A stretch of DNA of 64,000 nucleotides from Salarchaeum sp. III (lineage in GTDB: Archaea > Halobacteriota > Halobacteria > Halobacteriales > Halobacteriaceae). The DNA is taken from the NCBI RefSeq assembly GCF_036418315.1, contig NZ_JAZHPG010000024.1:137947-201946 (forward strand), given 5' to 3'. The position numbers were made by a program, and so were the translations under genes. Of the stretch, positions 31,004-40,888 are shown one piece after another (position 1 is the stretch's first letter; each line of letters begins with the position of its first letter). The notes under the pieces were generated by a model, which was given only the letters and a program-made list of their open reading frames with translations, searched no databases and was not told the origin of the DNA.

Positions 31004-32598
31004 CAGCGGACGCTGGTCACGGTGCCGACGCCCTTGCTCGACCCTTCGCGGAAGACGAACCGCTGTCCCTCCTCCACCAGGTAGGGGCGGAACTTGAAGC
31101 GGACGCGCGCGCTCCCGGAGTCGCCGGGGAGGAGTTGGCCGCCGTCCGGCTGGATTTGGACGGCCTCGCTGACGGTTTCGAGGTGGACGACTGGCTCGTA
31201 GCCGGCGTCGATGCGCGTCGGGTGGTTGAGAACCATCACGTCCGCCTCGAACTCGCGGACCGGCGCAGGGTCGGCGTCCCGCGGCAGCAACACCATCCCG
31301 CGCTCGATATCCGCCTCCTGAACGCCCTTCAGGGCGATGCCGACGATGCGGCCGGCTTCCGCCCTATCGACGCGGTGGTAGTGCATCTCGATGCTCCGCA
31401 CCTCGACCTCGGTGAAGGAGCCGTCGGCGAGCGGGCCGAGCAGGAGTTCGTCGCCCGCCTCGACGGTCCCGGATTTCACCGTGCCCGAGGCGACCGCGCC
31501 GACGCCGGTGACGCTGTACGTGCGGTCGACGTACATCCGGAAGTCCTCGCCGCCGCCGTTGGTTTTCGGGAGGTGTTCGAACAGGCGGTCGAGCGTGTCG
31601 AGGCCGTCCATCGTCACCGCGCTCGTCCGCACGAGCGGCACGACAGTATCGCTGATTTCGTCGACGGCAGCGGCGACGCCGTAGCGGTCGACGAGCAACG
31701 GACTGCGGCCGGCGTCCCGAAGGAGTTTCTCAACCTCCCGTTCGACTTCGAGGAGGCGCTCGTCGCTCACGAGGTCGGTCTTCGTGACGGCGACGATTGT
31801 CGGGAGGTCGGTGGCGAGCAGGACGCCGAGGTGCTCGCGCGTCGTCTTCGTCGGGCCATCGTCCGCGGCGACGGTGAGGAGGCCGTAATCGATTTTCTGT
31901 CCGACCAGTCCCCGAATCGTGGTGCGGAGCCACGGCTCGTGACCGACGGTGTCGACGAAGGAGACGATGCGGTCGGCGGACTCCACGACGGCCGCGCGGG
32001 CCGACTTCCGACTCGGGTTGTCCACGCGAAGCGGGCCCTCGGCGTCGAACCCGTACACGGCGTAGGAGAGGTCGGCGGACAGCCCGCGCTCTACCTCGTG
32101 TGGCTGCACGTCGAGGAAACTCCGGGTGTCGCCGTCGCCGTCGTCGGGTCGTCCGGTGACGAGCGACCCGACGAGCGTGGACTTCCCGTGGTCGACGTGT
32201 CCGGCGGTGCCGACGATGATGTGGTCGTCGCCGCCGTCGAGCTGGCCGCCGTCGCGCACCGTAGCGACGCCGACGAGGCCGCCGTCGTCGGTGCCGCGCG
32301 TCACCACGTCGTCGATGTGGGCGTTCGCCTCCTCGGCGAGGAGGCTGAGCACGTCGAGCGACTCGGAGAAGGCGTCGGGTTCGATACCCGCGACGCCGCC
32401 GTCGTCCGTGACGCCGACGACGTAGAGGGCTTCGCCGTCCCCGGAGAGCACGCGGTGGCGGAGCTGCGCCACGAGGCTCTCCATCCGGCCGTCCGCGAGG
32501 TGGATGTCGCGCGCGAGGCGTTCCTTGAACTCGACGTTCCCGCCCTCCTCCTCGCCGTGCTCGATAGCGCGGTCGAGGAGGGGCTGGTCGAGACCCAT
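31003..32598 (-). CDS. GTPBP1-family translational GTPase (EF-Tu-like, COG5258)
   Basis: Start MGLDQPLLD (ATG 32596-32598). G1 GHVDHGKST, G3 DTVGHE, G4 TKTD, then EF-Tu domain 2/3-like beta-barrels. About 90 aa N-terminal extension typical of archaeal GTPBP1 homologs. Confidence 0.8.
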   Translation of the reverse strand: MGLDQPLLDRAIEHGEEEGGNVEFKERLARDIHLADGRMESLVAQLRHRVLSGDGEALYVVGVTDDGGVAGIEPDAFSESLDVLSLLAEEANAHIDDVVTRGTDDGGLVGVATVRDGGQLDGGDDHIIVGTAGHVDHGKSTLVGSLVTGRPDDGDGDTRSFLDVQPHEVERGLSADLSYAVYGFDAEGPLRVDNPSRKSARAAVVESADRIVSFVDTVGHEPWLRTTIRGLVGQKIDYGLLTVAADDGPTKTTREHLGVLLATDLPTIVAVTKTDLVSDERLLEVEREVEKLLRDAGRSPLLVDRYGVAAAVDEISDTVVPLVRTSAVTMDGLDTLDRLFEHLPKTNGGGEDFRMYVDRTYSVTGVGAVASGTVKSGTVEAGDELLLGPLADGSFTEVEVRSIEMHYHRVDRAEAGRIVGIALKGVQEADIERGMVLLPRDADPAPVREFEADVMVLNHPTRIDAGYEPVVHLETVSEAVQIQPDGGQLLPGDSGSARVRFKFRPYLVEEGQRFVFREGSSKGVGTVTSVR

Positions 32599-32737
32599 GA
32601 GAACGGATTGGGGACACCCGCTTATAAACTTTCTTCGGAGGTAGAGCGCTCGTATCGGCCGTCTGTACGACCGATACAGTATGTCACACGAGGGGTTCGT
32701 CCCGGGGATTGAAGCCGGCGGTTCGCGTACATTCGGT

Positions 32738-32959
32738 ATGAGCGTCACCGGCGTCTGTCAGGTCTGTGAGAGCGCGGACGCACGCCAGGCCTGCGACCAG
32801 TGCGGCCGCGTCGTCTGCAGGGAGCACTACGACCGCGAGACCGGGCTCTGCACGGAATGCGCGCGACAGTACGGTGACCGCGAGACGAACGGAACGGGGG
32901 GCCGCGGCGGGAACAGCGACCGGGGCGGGTCGCCGGACGACTGGGGCGAACCCCGCTAG
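32738..32959 (+). CDS. Small zinc-finger protein (4 Cys pairs)
   Basis: MSVTGVCQVCESADARQACDQCGRVVCREHYDRETGLCTECARQ. An upstream in-frame ATG at 32681 is possible. Typical haloarchaeal zinc-finger micro-protein. Confidence 0.45.
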   Translation: MSVTGVCQVCESADARQACDQCGRVVCREHYDRETGLCTECARQYGDRETNGTGGRGGNSDRGGSPDDWGEPR

Positions 32960-33759
32960 CGGTACTGGTTCAGGCGGTCTTTGAGGCGTTTCGCGGCCTG
33001 CCCGGCCGCGGACGCCCACTCTTCGGAGTCCTCGCCGGCGAAGATGATGCCGCGCGTGGAGTTCACGAGCCCGACACCGTCGTCGTTCAGCCCGAACTCG
33101 ACCGCCGCCTCGGCGTCCCCGCCCTGCGCGCCGACGCCGGGCACGAGGAAGGGAAGACCGGGGACAGTGTCGCGGACGCCCTCGAGTTCGTCCGTGCTGG
33201 TCGCGCCGACGACGAGGCCGACGTTGTCGTTCTCGTTCCACTCGCTCGCGCGACGCGCGACGTGCTCGTAGAGGTACTCGTCGAACCCCGCGAGTTCGAG
33301 GTTCTGGAAGTCCTTCCCGCCCGGATTGGACGTCCGGCAGAGCACGAACACGCCCGCGTCCTCGTGGGAAAGAAAGGGCTGGAGGCTGTCCCGGCCGAGG
33401 TAGGGGTTGACCGTGACGGCGTCCGCGTAGTCGAGGACCTCGGCGTACTGGCGAGCGGTGTTCCCGATGTCGCCGCGCTTCGCGTCGAGGATGACCGGAA
33501 CACCCTTCCCGTGAGCGTACGCGACGGTTTCGCGGAGGCTCCGCCAGCCGTCGGCACCCTCGTAGAACGCCGCGTTCGGCTTGTAACACGCCGCGTGCTC
33601 GTGCGTCGCGTCGATGATTCGGCGGTTGAACGCCCAGCGCGGCAACTCCTTCTCCTGCACGTCGTCGGGGAGCCGGTCGAGGTCGGGGTCGAGGCCGACG
33701 CAGACGACGCTGTCCGTGGCGTCGATGCGGGCGGCGAGGTCGTCGAAGAAACCCATCAC
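32956..33759 (-). CDS. pyrF: Orotidine 5'-phosphate decarboxylase
   Basis: 267 aa. VCVGLDPD and ILDAKRGDIGNT active-site motifs. Confidence 0.85.
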   Translation of the reverse strand: MMGFFDDLAARIDATDSVVCVGLDPDLDRLPDDVQEKELPRWAFNRRIIDATHEHAACYKPNAAFYEGADGWRSLRETVAYAHGKGVPVILDAKRGDIGNTARQYAEVLDYADAVTVNPYLGRDSLQPFLSHEDAGVFVLCRTSNPGGKDFQNLELAGFDEYLYEHVARRASEWNENDNVGLVVGATSTDELEGVRDTVPGLPFLVPGVGAQGGDAEAAVEFGLNDDGVGLVNSTRGIIFAGEDSEEWASAAGQAAKRLKDRLNQYR

Positions 33760-33867
33760 CCGCTACTCTCGCTGGGGTCGGGAAAAGCGTTCTTCCACGA
33801 GGGCAAAACTACTTTGCGTTCTGACCGCCTCATTCAAGTATGACGGCCGACGCGACCAGCCACGGGG

Positions 33868-35049
33868 GTGAGACGGGTGGCTGAGGACGAGGACTGGTTC
33901 GAGCGAGCGTTCGAGACGGACGAGTCCGAGGAAGACGCGGAATCCGAAGAAACGGCCGAGGACAAATCGGGGCCGGACGCATCGCCCGAGTCCGAAGCGT
34001 TCGAGGCCGCGTTCGGTGGCGACGGAGCGTCCGACGCGGCGCCGGACGAGAGCGAGACCGACGCCAGCGAGGACGAGACCGCGTCGAGTACGGAGACGAG
34101 TACCGCGGACTTCGAGGCCGCCTTCGGCAGCGGAACCGCCGCAGCGGAGGACGAGGACGAAAGCGGGTTCGAGGACGCATTCAGCGGTGGTGGCGACGAG
34201 AGCGCCGACTTCGAAGCCGCGTTCAGTGGCAGCGGCAGTGCCGAGAGTGGTGATTTCGAGACCGCGTTCGGCGGTGGCGAGGGCGGATTCGGGTTCGACC
34301 TCGACAACAGCGACGGGGAGGCTGACTTCGAAGAGGAAGCGTACGAATCCGACATCCCCCGCATCGAACTCGGCATTGAAGGACTGGACAACATGGTGCA
34401 GGGCGGCGTCCCCGAACGCAGCCTCATCGTCGCCATCGGGAGCGCCGGCACCGGAAAGACCACGTTCGGCCTCCAATTCCTCAACCACGCCCTCAAGAAC
34501 GACGAACGCGCCGTCTTCATCACGCTCGAAGAAACCGAAGAACGCATCGTCGACAGCGCGAACGAGAAAGGCTGGAATTTCGCCGAACACATCGCGAACG
34601 ACGACCTCGCCATCATCGACCTCGACCCAATCGAGATGGCGAACTCGCTCACCAGCATCCGGAACGAACTCCCCCGGCTCGTCGAGGACTTCGGCGCCAC
34701 CCGACTCGTCCTCGACTCAGTCAGCCTCCTCGAAATGATGTACGACGACCAGGCCACCCGCCGCACCGAAATCTACGACTTCACCAAAGCCCTCAAGAAC
34801 GCCGGCGTCACCACCATGCTCACCAGCGAAGCCGCCGAAAACAACCCGTACGCCTCCCGCCACGGCATCATCGAGTACCTCACCGACGCCGTCTTCCTCC
34901 TCCGATACATCCGCCCCGAGGACTTCCGCGAAACCCGACTCGCCGTCGAAATCCAGAAAATCCGGGACGCAAACCACTCCCGCGAAACCAAACCCTACGA
35001 AATCACCGGCCAGGGAATCAGCGTGTACCGGCAGGCGAACATCTTCTAA
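33868..35049 (+). CDS. KaiC/RecA-superfamily ATPase with N-terminal acidic DFEAAFGG-repeat region
   Basis: C-terminal about 230 aa KaiC-like domain (IVAIGSAGTGKTTFGLQFL Walker A, LVLDSVS Walker B). N-terminal about 150 aa low-complexity D/E/S-rich region with five (D/G)FExAF(G/S)G repeats. GTG start. Confidence 0.7.
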   Translation: MRRVAEDEDWFERAFETDESEEDAESEETAEDKSGPDASPESEAFEAAFGGDGASDAAPDESETDASEDETASSTETSTADFEAAFGSGTAAAEDEDESGFEDAFSGGGDESADFEAAFSGSGSAESGDFETAFGGGEGGFGFDLDNSDGEADFEEEAYESDIPRIELGIEGLDNMVQGGVPERSLIVAIGSAGTGKTTFGLQFLNHALKNDERAVFITLEETEERIVDSANEKGWNFAEHIANDDLAIIDLDPIEMANSLTSIRNELPRLVEDFGATRLVLDSVSLLEMMYDDQATRRTEIYDFTKALKNAGVTTMLTSEAAENNPYASRHGIIEYLTDAVFLLRYIRPEDFRETRLAVEIQKIRDANHSRETKPYEITGQGISVYRQANIF

Positions 35050-35307
35050 CGTACCTTTTGCGCTCCGCGCGCCTCTGGCGCGCTCGGCAAACGCTACGAC
35101 GAAAGCACCCCTCCCTCGCTTCGTTCGCTGCGCGAACGCCGCTCGCTCGCGGAGGCCGTGGACAGCTACTACGCAGGAAGGAGGTGAACGTTCATATACG
35201 AGGGCGAGACCAGTCGGGGGCGTGCTGTGAGAACGGCCACGGGGTTCGCGCGGTTGTGCGACCCAGACCTCGTGGACGCGGCGGGTCGCCTGCACGCAAA
35301 ACGAGCG

Positions 35308-35733
35308 CTATCGGACGATAGTGACCGGGACCGGGGAGCGCCGAACGATGGATTCGGCGACGCTACCGAGGAGGATGCGGCTGACGCCGCTGCGGCCGTG
35401 GCTGCCCATGACGATGTGGTCGAAGTCGTTCTCCTCGGCGTAGTCCACGACGGTCCGGGAGGGTCGTCCGACTTCGGTGACGGTGTCGAGGCTGACGCCG
35501 TATTCGTCCGCGGTCTCCTGCGCTTGCTCGAAGAGCGTCTCCGCGTCCTCCTGCGCCTGCTCGTACCACTCCTCGCTGTAGCCGGGGACGGTCGCCTGCG
35601 CCGTGTAGCCGGCCTCGATGGGGTCGATAACGTGAATCAGCGTGATGTCGTCGCTCTGGAACTCCTCCAGCGCGTATTCGAGCGCGTCGGTGGACTGTTC
35701 GGAACTGTCGATGGGGACGAGTATCTTCGACAT
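35308..35733 (-). CDS. Universal stress protein (UspA family)
   Basis: Start MSKILVPIDSSEQSTDALEYAL, C-term GSHGRSGVSRILLGSVAESIVRRSPVPVTIV. 141 aa. Confidence 0.8.
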   Translation of the reverse strand: MSKILVPIDSSEQSTDALEYALEEFQSDDITLIHVIDPIEAGYTAQATVPGYSEEWYEQAQEDAETLFEQAQETADEYGVSLDTVTEVGRPSRTVVDYAEENDFDHIVMGSHGRSGVSRILLGSVAESIVRRSPVPVTIVR

Positions 35734-35777
35734 GTCCCGCGATTCGTCACGCTCCCCGAAAAAGATAGGGGCCGGGG

Positions 35778-37607
35778 TCAGTCGCGGCCGTGCCGAGTGA
35801 GGCACGTGGGGAGGCCGACGATTTCGACCGGTTCGGAGTTGTCGGGCGAGTAGACGACCATCTGGCCCGTCTCCATGTACGGGACTTTTCCTTCGAGATT
35901 GCTCGGGATGTTCACGCTCTTGATGGCGTCCTCGTCCCCGAGGTTGAGGACGACGGTCGTGTTCACCTGCTTGAACACGGGGTCCGCGATGTCCTGGGGG
36001 TCCTGCGTGATGAGGAACAGGCCGAGGCGTTCCTTCCGTCCCTGCTTCGCGGCTTCAGTGAACTTCCCGATGACGTTCTTGGCTTGCACGCTGTCCGCGT
36101 CCGCGAGGAAGTTGTGTGCCTCGTCCATTCCGACGAGGAGCGGCGTTTCCTTGATGCGGTCGAAGTCGGGGTCGTTCGAGAGTTTCTGGTCGACGAGCAG
36201 GCTCGCGAGCGCCAGGACGACGGTTTCGGTCGCGCGGGTGTCGTTCACGTGGTAGGTCGGGACTACCGACAGGCCCCCCGGACGCACGAACTCGTGCACG
36301 AGGTCGGTGATGGGGGGTGCGTCCTGGTCGAAGACGCCGCTCGGCATCCCGAGCACGCGCCGCATCACCGCCTCGTAGGTGGCTTCGTGGACGCGTCCGG
36401 ATTCGTCGAGTTCCTCCTTCAGCGCGGGGTCGTCGAGGAAGGACGTGAACTCCGCGTACGTCCCCTCGTTCCCGTACTGGCGGAAGAACCGCTTCAGGAG
36501 GAGTGTGAGCGCGCTGTACTGGTTGTCGTTCAGGTCGCTGGACGCGACGAGCCACGGCCGCGAGCGCACCATCGAGAACGGCACGGTGAACGCGCGCTGT
36601 TCTGCGTGGTGGTGGCTCGCCGCGTACGTGGCGTCCCCGACTTTCGGGACGAACGCGACGGTGTCGTCGTGCCCGCCGTGCGCGAGGCCGTCTGCCTCCC
36701 AGCGCCGCGCGTCCTCCCGGTCGGCGGCGGGATTGTCGTCGTGCATCTGCGCGTACTCGTCCTGCGGGTCGAACTGCACGACCGCCATCCGTCGTTCCGC
36801 GCCGTCCGCCATCTCGTACCGCCGTTCCTCGTGGAGGTACTGCCGGAGGACGTTCTTCGACGTGTGCGTCTTCCCGGACCCAGTTCCACCGGCGATCAAC
36901 GTATGCCGGAACGCGAGCGGGTCTCCGTCGCGGTAGTCGTCCTTCACGCGGTAGTCGATGGTCGGCGGCCGGGCGGCCGTCCGCACTTTCTCCCCGCCGA
37001 CGGAGAGGTGGCCGAGGAAGACGCCGTCCTCGGGAATCTTCAGCCCGGTCTTGATCTGCTCGGTCTCGGTCGCCTCCTCAACGACGGTCTCGGGTTTCGG
37101 GACGCGGTCGGGCATCCGGCGTTTCAGGTCGCCGTCGTCGGGGTAGAGGACGGCGAGCGGGTCGAGGTCCGCGAGGAACCGGTAGTCGTCCTCCTCGATG
37201 CCGTCCGAGCGCATCGCGCGCCGCGCGTGAATCTCGTTCGCGTCGTCGCCGTGGAACCGCTGGGCGTACTCCAGGCCCTTGATGCGGCAGAACAGCGACT
37301 CGGGGCCGGGGTAGTCCGCGAGCACGTACTTCCCGATGCGGATGTCCGAGCGGTTCTCCGCGGTGACGTACGCCCGCATGGTCGTCTCCCCCTCCTCCTC
37401 GCTGATGCGGAGGCCCTGGGAGACGGCGAGCACCCCGATACCGTCGCCGCCGCCGGCACTGTCGAGGTCGGGACGCGTGAACGCGTCCGCATCCTCGCCC
37501 CCATCCGCGTCCGTGTTCGCGTCCGCGTCGGCGGCGTCGTGGTGCGTCTCGGCTCGGCCGTCCGCGGTTCCGGACGGCGAGAAATCCCCGAGGTCCTGGT
37601 CGCTCAT
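35778..37607 (-). CDS. herA: HerA-like FtsK/HerA-family ATPase (DUF87)
   Basis: 609 aa. N-terminal HAS-barrel-like region. Walker A IAGGTGSGKTHTSKNVL, Walker B LLVGMDEAHNFL, ITQDPQDI. ATG at 37605-37607. Confidence 0.75.
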   Translation of the reverse strand: MSDQDLGDFSPSGTADGRAETHHDAADADANTDADGGEDADAFTRPDLDSAGGGDGIGVLAVSQGLRISEEEGETTMRAYVTAENRSDIRIGKYVLADYPGPESLFCRIKGLEYAQRFHGDDANEIHARRAMRSDGIEEDDYRFLADLDPLAVLYPDDGDLKRRMPDRVPKPETVVEEATETEQIKTGLKIPEDGVFLGHLSVGGEKVRTAARPPTIDYRVKDDYRDGDPLAFRHTLIAGGTGSGKTHTSKNVLRQYLHEERRYEMADGAERRMAVVQFDPQDEYAQMHDDNPAADREDARRWEADGLAHGGHDDTVAFVPKVGDATYAASHHHAEQRAFTVPFSMVRSRPWLVASSDLNDNQYSALTLLLKRFFRQYGNEGTYAEFTSFLDDPALKEELDESGRVHEATYEAVMRRVLGMPSGVFDQDAPPITDLVHEFVRPGGLSVVPTYHVNDTRATETVVLALASLLVDQKLSNDPDFDRIKETPLLVGMDEAHNFLADADSVQAKNVIGKFTEAAKQGRKERLGLFLITQDPQDIADPVFKQVNTTVVLNLGDEDAIKSVNIPSNLEGKVPYMETGQMVVYSPDNSEPVEIVGLPTCLTRHGRD

Positions 37608-37684
37608 GTCTCGCCGGTGGGCGGCCACGGGCTAAAACCTTCCCTGCCACGCGGTTTTTATCGCTCGCAGCCCTCCGTTCGAGT

Positions 37685-38020
37685 ATGTTACTCGTCGAAG
37701 GCTCCGCTGGTGGGACGACGTTGACCGGGACGCTCTACGAGCGCGGCGAGGACGCGCCGTCGTTCGAGGGCGCGCCGGACGAGGACGCCGCGTACGTCTG
37801 GGTGTGCGACGAGTTTTACGCCGTGGAGAGCGGCGGCGTCACCCAGAAAATCGGTGGCGAGGAGCTCCGGGTGGCGTTCGAGTCGCCGATGCCGCGCGGG
37901 TTCGACACCCGGGAGCGCGCGCTGGAGGCGGCGCGCGAGCACATCCGAACGCAGTTCGCGCGCGTCGGCGTCGACCCCGAAACCGTCGAGATTTCGACTG
38001 TCCGGGAGTACGAGGCTTAA
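37685..38020 (+). CDS. Hypothetical acidic protein between herA and nurA (opposite strand)
   Basis: 111 aa with GC3-rich codons and a plausible halophilic composition. Stop overlaps the nurA stop by 4 nt. Confidence 0.4.
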   Translation: MLLVEGSAGGTTLTGTLYERGEDAPSFEGAPDEDAAYVWVCDEFYAVESGGVTQKIGGEELRVAFESPMPRGFDTRERALEAAREHIRTQFARVGVDPETVEISTVREYEA

Positions 38021-39252
38021 CCCCAGCGTTCGTCGTCGTACGTCGACCGCGATTCGGTGTCGAGCGCGTCTTCGAGCGCGCCGACGAGTTCGGTTTTCTC
38101 CGTGATGCCGATGCGCGCGAGTTCGTCCGCTTTCCCGACAGCCTCGGGCGGCCCGACCTCTCGCGCGACTTCGGCGAGCACGTGGTTCGTCACGCGCTTC
38201 CGGCACGCGTCGTCCGCGGCGAACGCCCGGGGGAGTTCGACCTTGAACAGCACGTCGGTTCGGGGGTCGTAGACGACGAAGAACGCGACCTCGTAGGCTT
38301 CGGGGTCGAGGTCGAGGTCGAGGCTGAGGCGGTCGCCGAGCGTGGAGAACTCGCGGTCGTAGCCGGTGCGGGAGACGAACCAGTTCGTGTACGTGAGGTC
38401 GTCCGTGTTCCTGTCGCGGCCGTCGCGGCGTTCGAGCAGCTTGGTGAAGAACGCCGCGTCGTCGGTCCAGGGCGCGTTCGTCTTCTCCGAGAGCGTGTTG
38501 ACGATACCCCTGGATTGGACGTTCTTCACGAACCCGGCGAGCGGGACGCCACGGTCGACGAACCGCTCGACGAGGTCGACGTAGTTCCCGATGACGGACT
38601 GGACGAGCGGGTCTTCGAGGGGGAGGTCGGAGAGCGGGCGCGCCTGGTCGAGCCAGTTCGCGATGATTTTCGGGTAGAGCGGGCCGTCGAGCACGAGGAG
38701 GTCGCCGACGCGGTCGGCGTGTTCGAGGGCGTGCTCGGATTCGGCGAGGTAGAGGGAGAGACCGTGAACGACGGCGGTTTCGTCCCGGCTGACGCGCGGC
38801 GCTTCGAATATCTGGCCGCGCCAGTAGCCCTCGTCCTGTTTCTGCCAGTCGTCGGTCGCGCTGATAGTGACGCTGTCGTCGGTCGGGTGGACGGTGGTGA
38901 TGACGGTGCGCGCGCGGTGGGTGTCGGTGTCGCTCGGGCAGACGCCCATTGCGGCCTGCGCGATGTCCAGGACGAGGCCGTTCTTGAACGTCCGCGGGTT
39001 CACAGTCCCCGAGTCGAGGCCGTGCACGGTTTCGAACTGGTCGGGCTGGTCGCCCGCGTCCGTGACGTCGACGGCGTACCGTCGGAGGTCGCCGAGCGGC
39101 GCGAGCACTTCCTCGTCGTCGCGGTAGAGCGGGTCGAAGTAGGCGTCCCACGCCGCGACGGCCTGGTCGCGGTGTTCGTCCTCGTCGATGTCGTGGCTGA
39201 CGCGCCGGACGAGGTCGGTAATCCCGTCGAAGTGGACGGGGTCGAGGGTCAT
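38017..39252 (-). CDS. nurA: NurA-like 5'-3' nuclease
   Basis: 411 aa from MTLDPVHFDG (ATG 39250-39252). NurA-type motifs (VHGLDSG near N-term, acidic catalytic residues spread through the sequence). Partner of HerA. Confidence 0.65.
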   Translation of the reverse strand: MTLDPVHFDGITDLVRRVSHDIDEDEHRDQAVAAWDAYFDPLYRDDEEVLAPLGDLRRYAVDVTDAGDQPDQFETVHGLDSGTVNPRTFKNGLVLDIAQAAMGVCPSDTDTHRARTVITTVHPTDDSVTISATDDWQKQDEGYWRGQIFEAPRVSRDETAVVHGLSLYLAESEHALEHADRVGDLLVLDGPLYPKIIANWLDQARPLSDLPLEDPLVQSVIGNYVDLVERFVDRGVPLAGFVKNVQSRGIVNTLSEKTNAPWTDDAAFFTKLLERRDGRDRNTDDLTYTNWFVSRTGYDREFSTLGDRLSLDLDLDPEAYEVAFFVVYDPRTDVLFKVELPRAFAADDACRKRVTNHVLAEVAREVGPPEAVGKADELARIGITEKTELVGALEDALDTESRSTYDDERWG

Positions 39253-39341
39253 ACTCGCGTTCCGTCCCTCGACGCCAAAAACCCCGCCGGTGCGAGCGCG
39301 ATGGCGAAAGACACGTCCCCCCGTGGAGCGCACGCTTCGGT

Positions 39342-40847
39342 ATGAAGGCGGCGCTCGTCATCCTGGACGGCTGGGGGCTCGGCGACCACGACCGGCTGAA
39401 CGCCGTGAAGTCGGCGGACACGCCGAACTTCGACCGGCTCGCCGACGCGGGAGCGTACGGCACGCTGGAGACGCACGGCCGGAACGTCGGACTCCCCGGC
39501 GGCCAGATGGGGAACTCCGAGGTCGGCCACCTCACCATCGGCGCGGGCCGCGTCGTCCTCCAGGAGTACACCCGCATCAACGACGCCATCGAGTCCGGCG
39601 AACTCGGGGAGAACGACGCCATCGCGAGCGCGCTCGACCATGTCGCGGAGACGGGCGGCCGCGTGCACTTCATGGGCCTCGTCTCCGACGGCGGCGTGCA
39701 CTCCGACCACGAACACCTGCACGCACTCATCGAGGCCGCGGCTTCTCGTGATGTTCCGGCGACGACGCACGCGTTCACGGACGGCCGGGACACGAAACCG
39801 AAGTCGGGCGAGTCAGTGCTCCGAACGCTGGAGGAGGTCGTCGATGAGTACAGGACGGGCGACGTGGCGAGCGTCTCCGGGCGGTACTACGCGATGGACC
39901 GCGACCAGAACTGGGAGCGCACGAAATCGGCGTACGACGCCATCGTCGAGCGAGAGGGAATGCACCGCGCGGAGTCGGCGGTCGCGGCGGTTCAGGAGTC
40001 CTACGAGCGCGGCGACACCGACGAGTTCGTCGAACCCACCATCGTTCGGGGCGGGGACGCGCTGAGCGAGCGGGACGCGGTGGTGTTCTTCAACTTCCGC
40101 GCGGACCGCGCGCGCCAGCTCGTCCGAATGCTCGGCTCCGTGAACCCGGAGTGGGCGTTCGAGACGAGTCCGCCCGAGGTGCCGATTGTGACGATGACCG
40201 AGTACGACGAGACGTTCGACTTCCCGGTGGCGTTCGACGCGCCCGAGCCGCACGACACGCTCGGAGAGGTCGTCGCCGGGCAGGGGCTGACCCAGCACCG
40301 GGTCGCGGAGTCGGAGAAGTACCCGCACGTGACGTACTTCCTGAACGGCGGCCGGGAGGTCGAGTTCGAGGGCGAAAGCAGGGAAATCGTCCCGAGTCCG
40401 GACGTCCCGACCTACGACCACCAGCCGGAGATGAGCGCCGCGGGCGTGACGGACGCCGCGCTCGACCGGCTGGACGCGGACGTGCTCGTGCTGAACTACG
40501 CGAACGCGGACATGGTCGGCCACACGGGCGACTTCGACGCCGCGGTCTCGGCGGTCGAGACCGTCGACGCGGAACTCGACCGGCTCACGGCCGAACTCGA
40601 AGCCGCGGGCGCGGACGTGCTGGTGACCGCCGACCACGGGAACGCCGACGACATGGGAACCCCGGACGACCCGCACACCGCGCACACGTTCAACCCCGTG
40701 CCCTTCGTCTACCTCTCCCCGGACGGCGACGACGGCGGCCACACCGTTCAGGAGGGCGGTGCGCTCCGGGACGTGGCGCCGACCCTGCTCTCGCTGCTCG
40801 ACGTTGAGCTCCCGCCGGAGATGACGGGCGAACCCCTCCTCTCCTGA
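39342..40847 (+). CDS. gpmI: 2,3-bisphosphoglycerate-independent phosphoglycerate mutase
   Basis: 501 aa. LVILDGWG, GNSEVGHL and ADHGN motifs of iPGM. Confidence 0.9.
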   Translation: MKAALVILDGWGLGDHDRLNAVKSADTPNFDRLADAGAYGTLETHGRNVGLPGGQMGNSEVGHLTIGAGRVVLQEYTRINDAIESGELGENDAIASALDHVAETGGRVHFMGLVSDGGVHSDHEHLHALIEAAASRDVPATTHAFTDGRDTKPKSGESVLRTLEEVVDEYRTGDVASVSGRYYAMDRDQNWERTKSAYDAIVEREGMHRAESAVAAVQESYERGDTDEFVEPTIVRGGDALSERDAVVFFNFRADRARQLVRMLGSVNPEWAFETSPPEVPIVTMTEYDETFDFPVAFDAPEPHDTLGEVVAGQGLTQHRVAESEKYPHVTYFLNGGREVEFEGESREIVPSPDVPTYDHQPEMSAAGVTDAALDRLDADVLVLNYANADMVGHTGDFDAAVSAVETVDAELDRLTAELEAAGADVLVTADHGNADDMGTPDDPHTAHTFNPVPFVYLSPDGDDGGHTVQEGGALRDVAPTLLSLLDVELPPEMTGEPLLS

Positions 40848-40888
40848 CCGGGGAAAAGTATAACTCGGACTGTCGGCGTTCTGCGTGT

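Noticed and set aside
35790-39793. 644-aa (+) and 701-aa (-) ORFs overlapping herA and nurA
   Set aside because: Opposite-strand shadows of the real genes. R/G/P-rich, no motifs.
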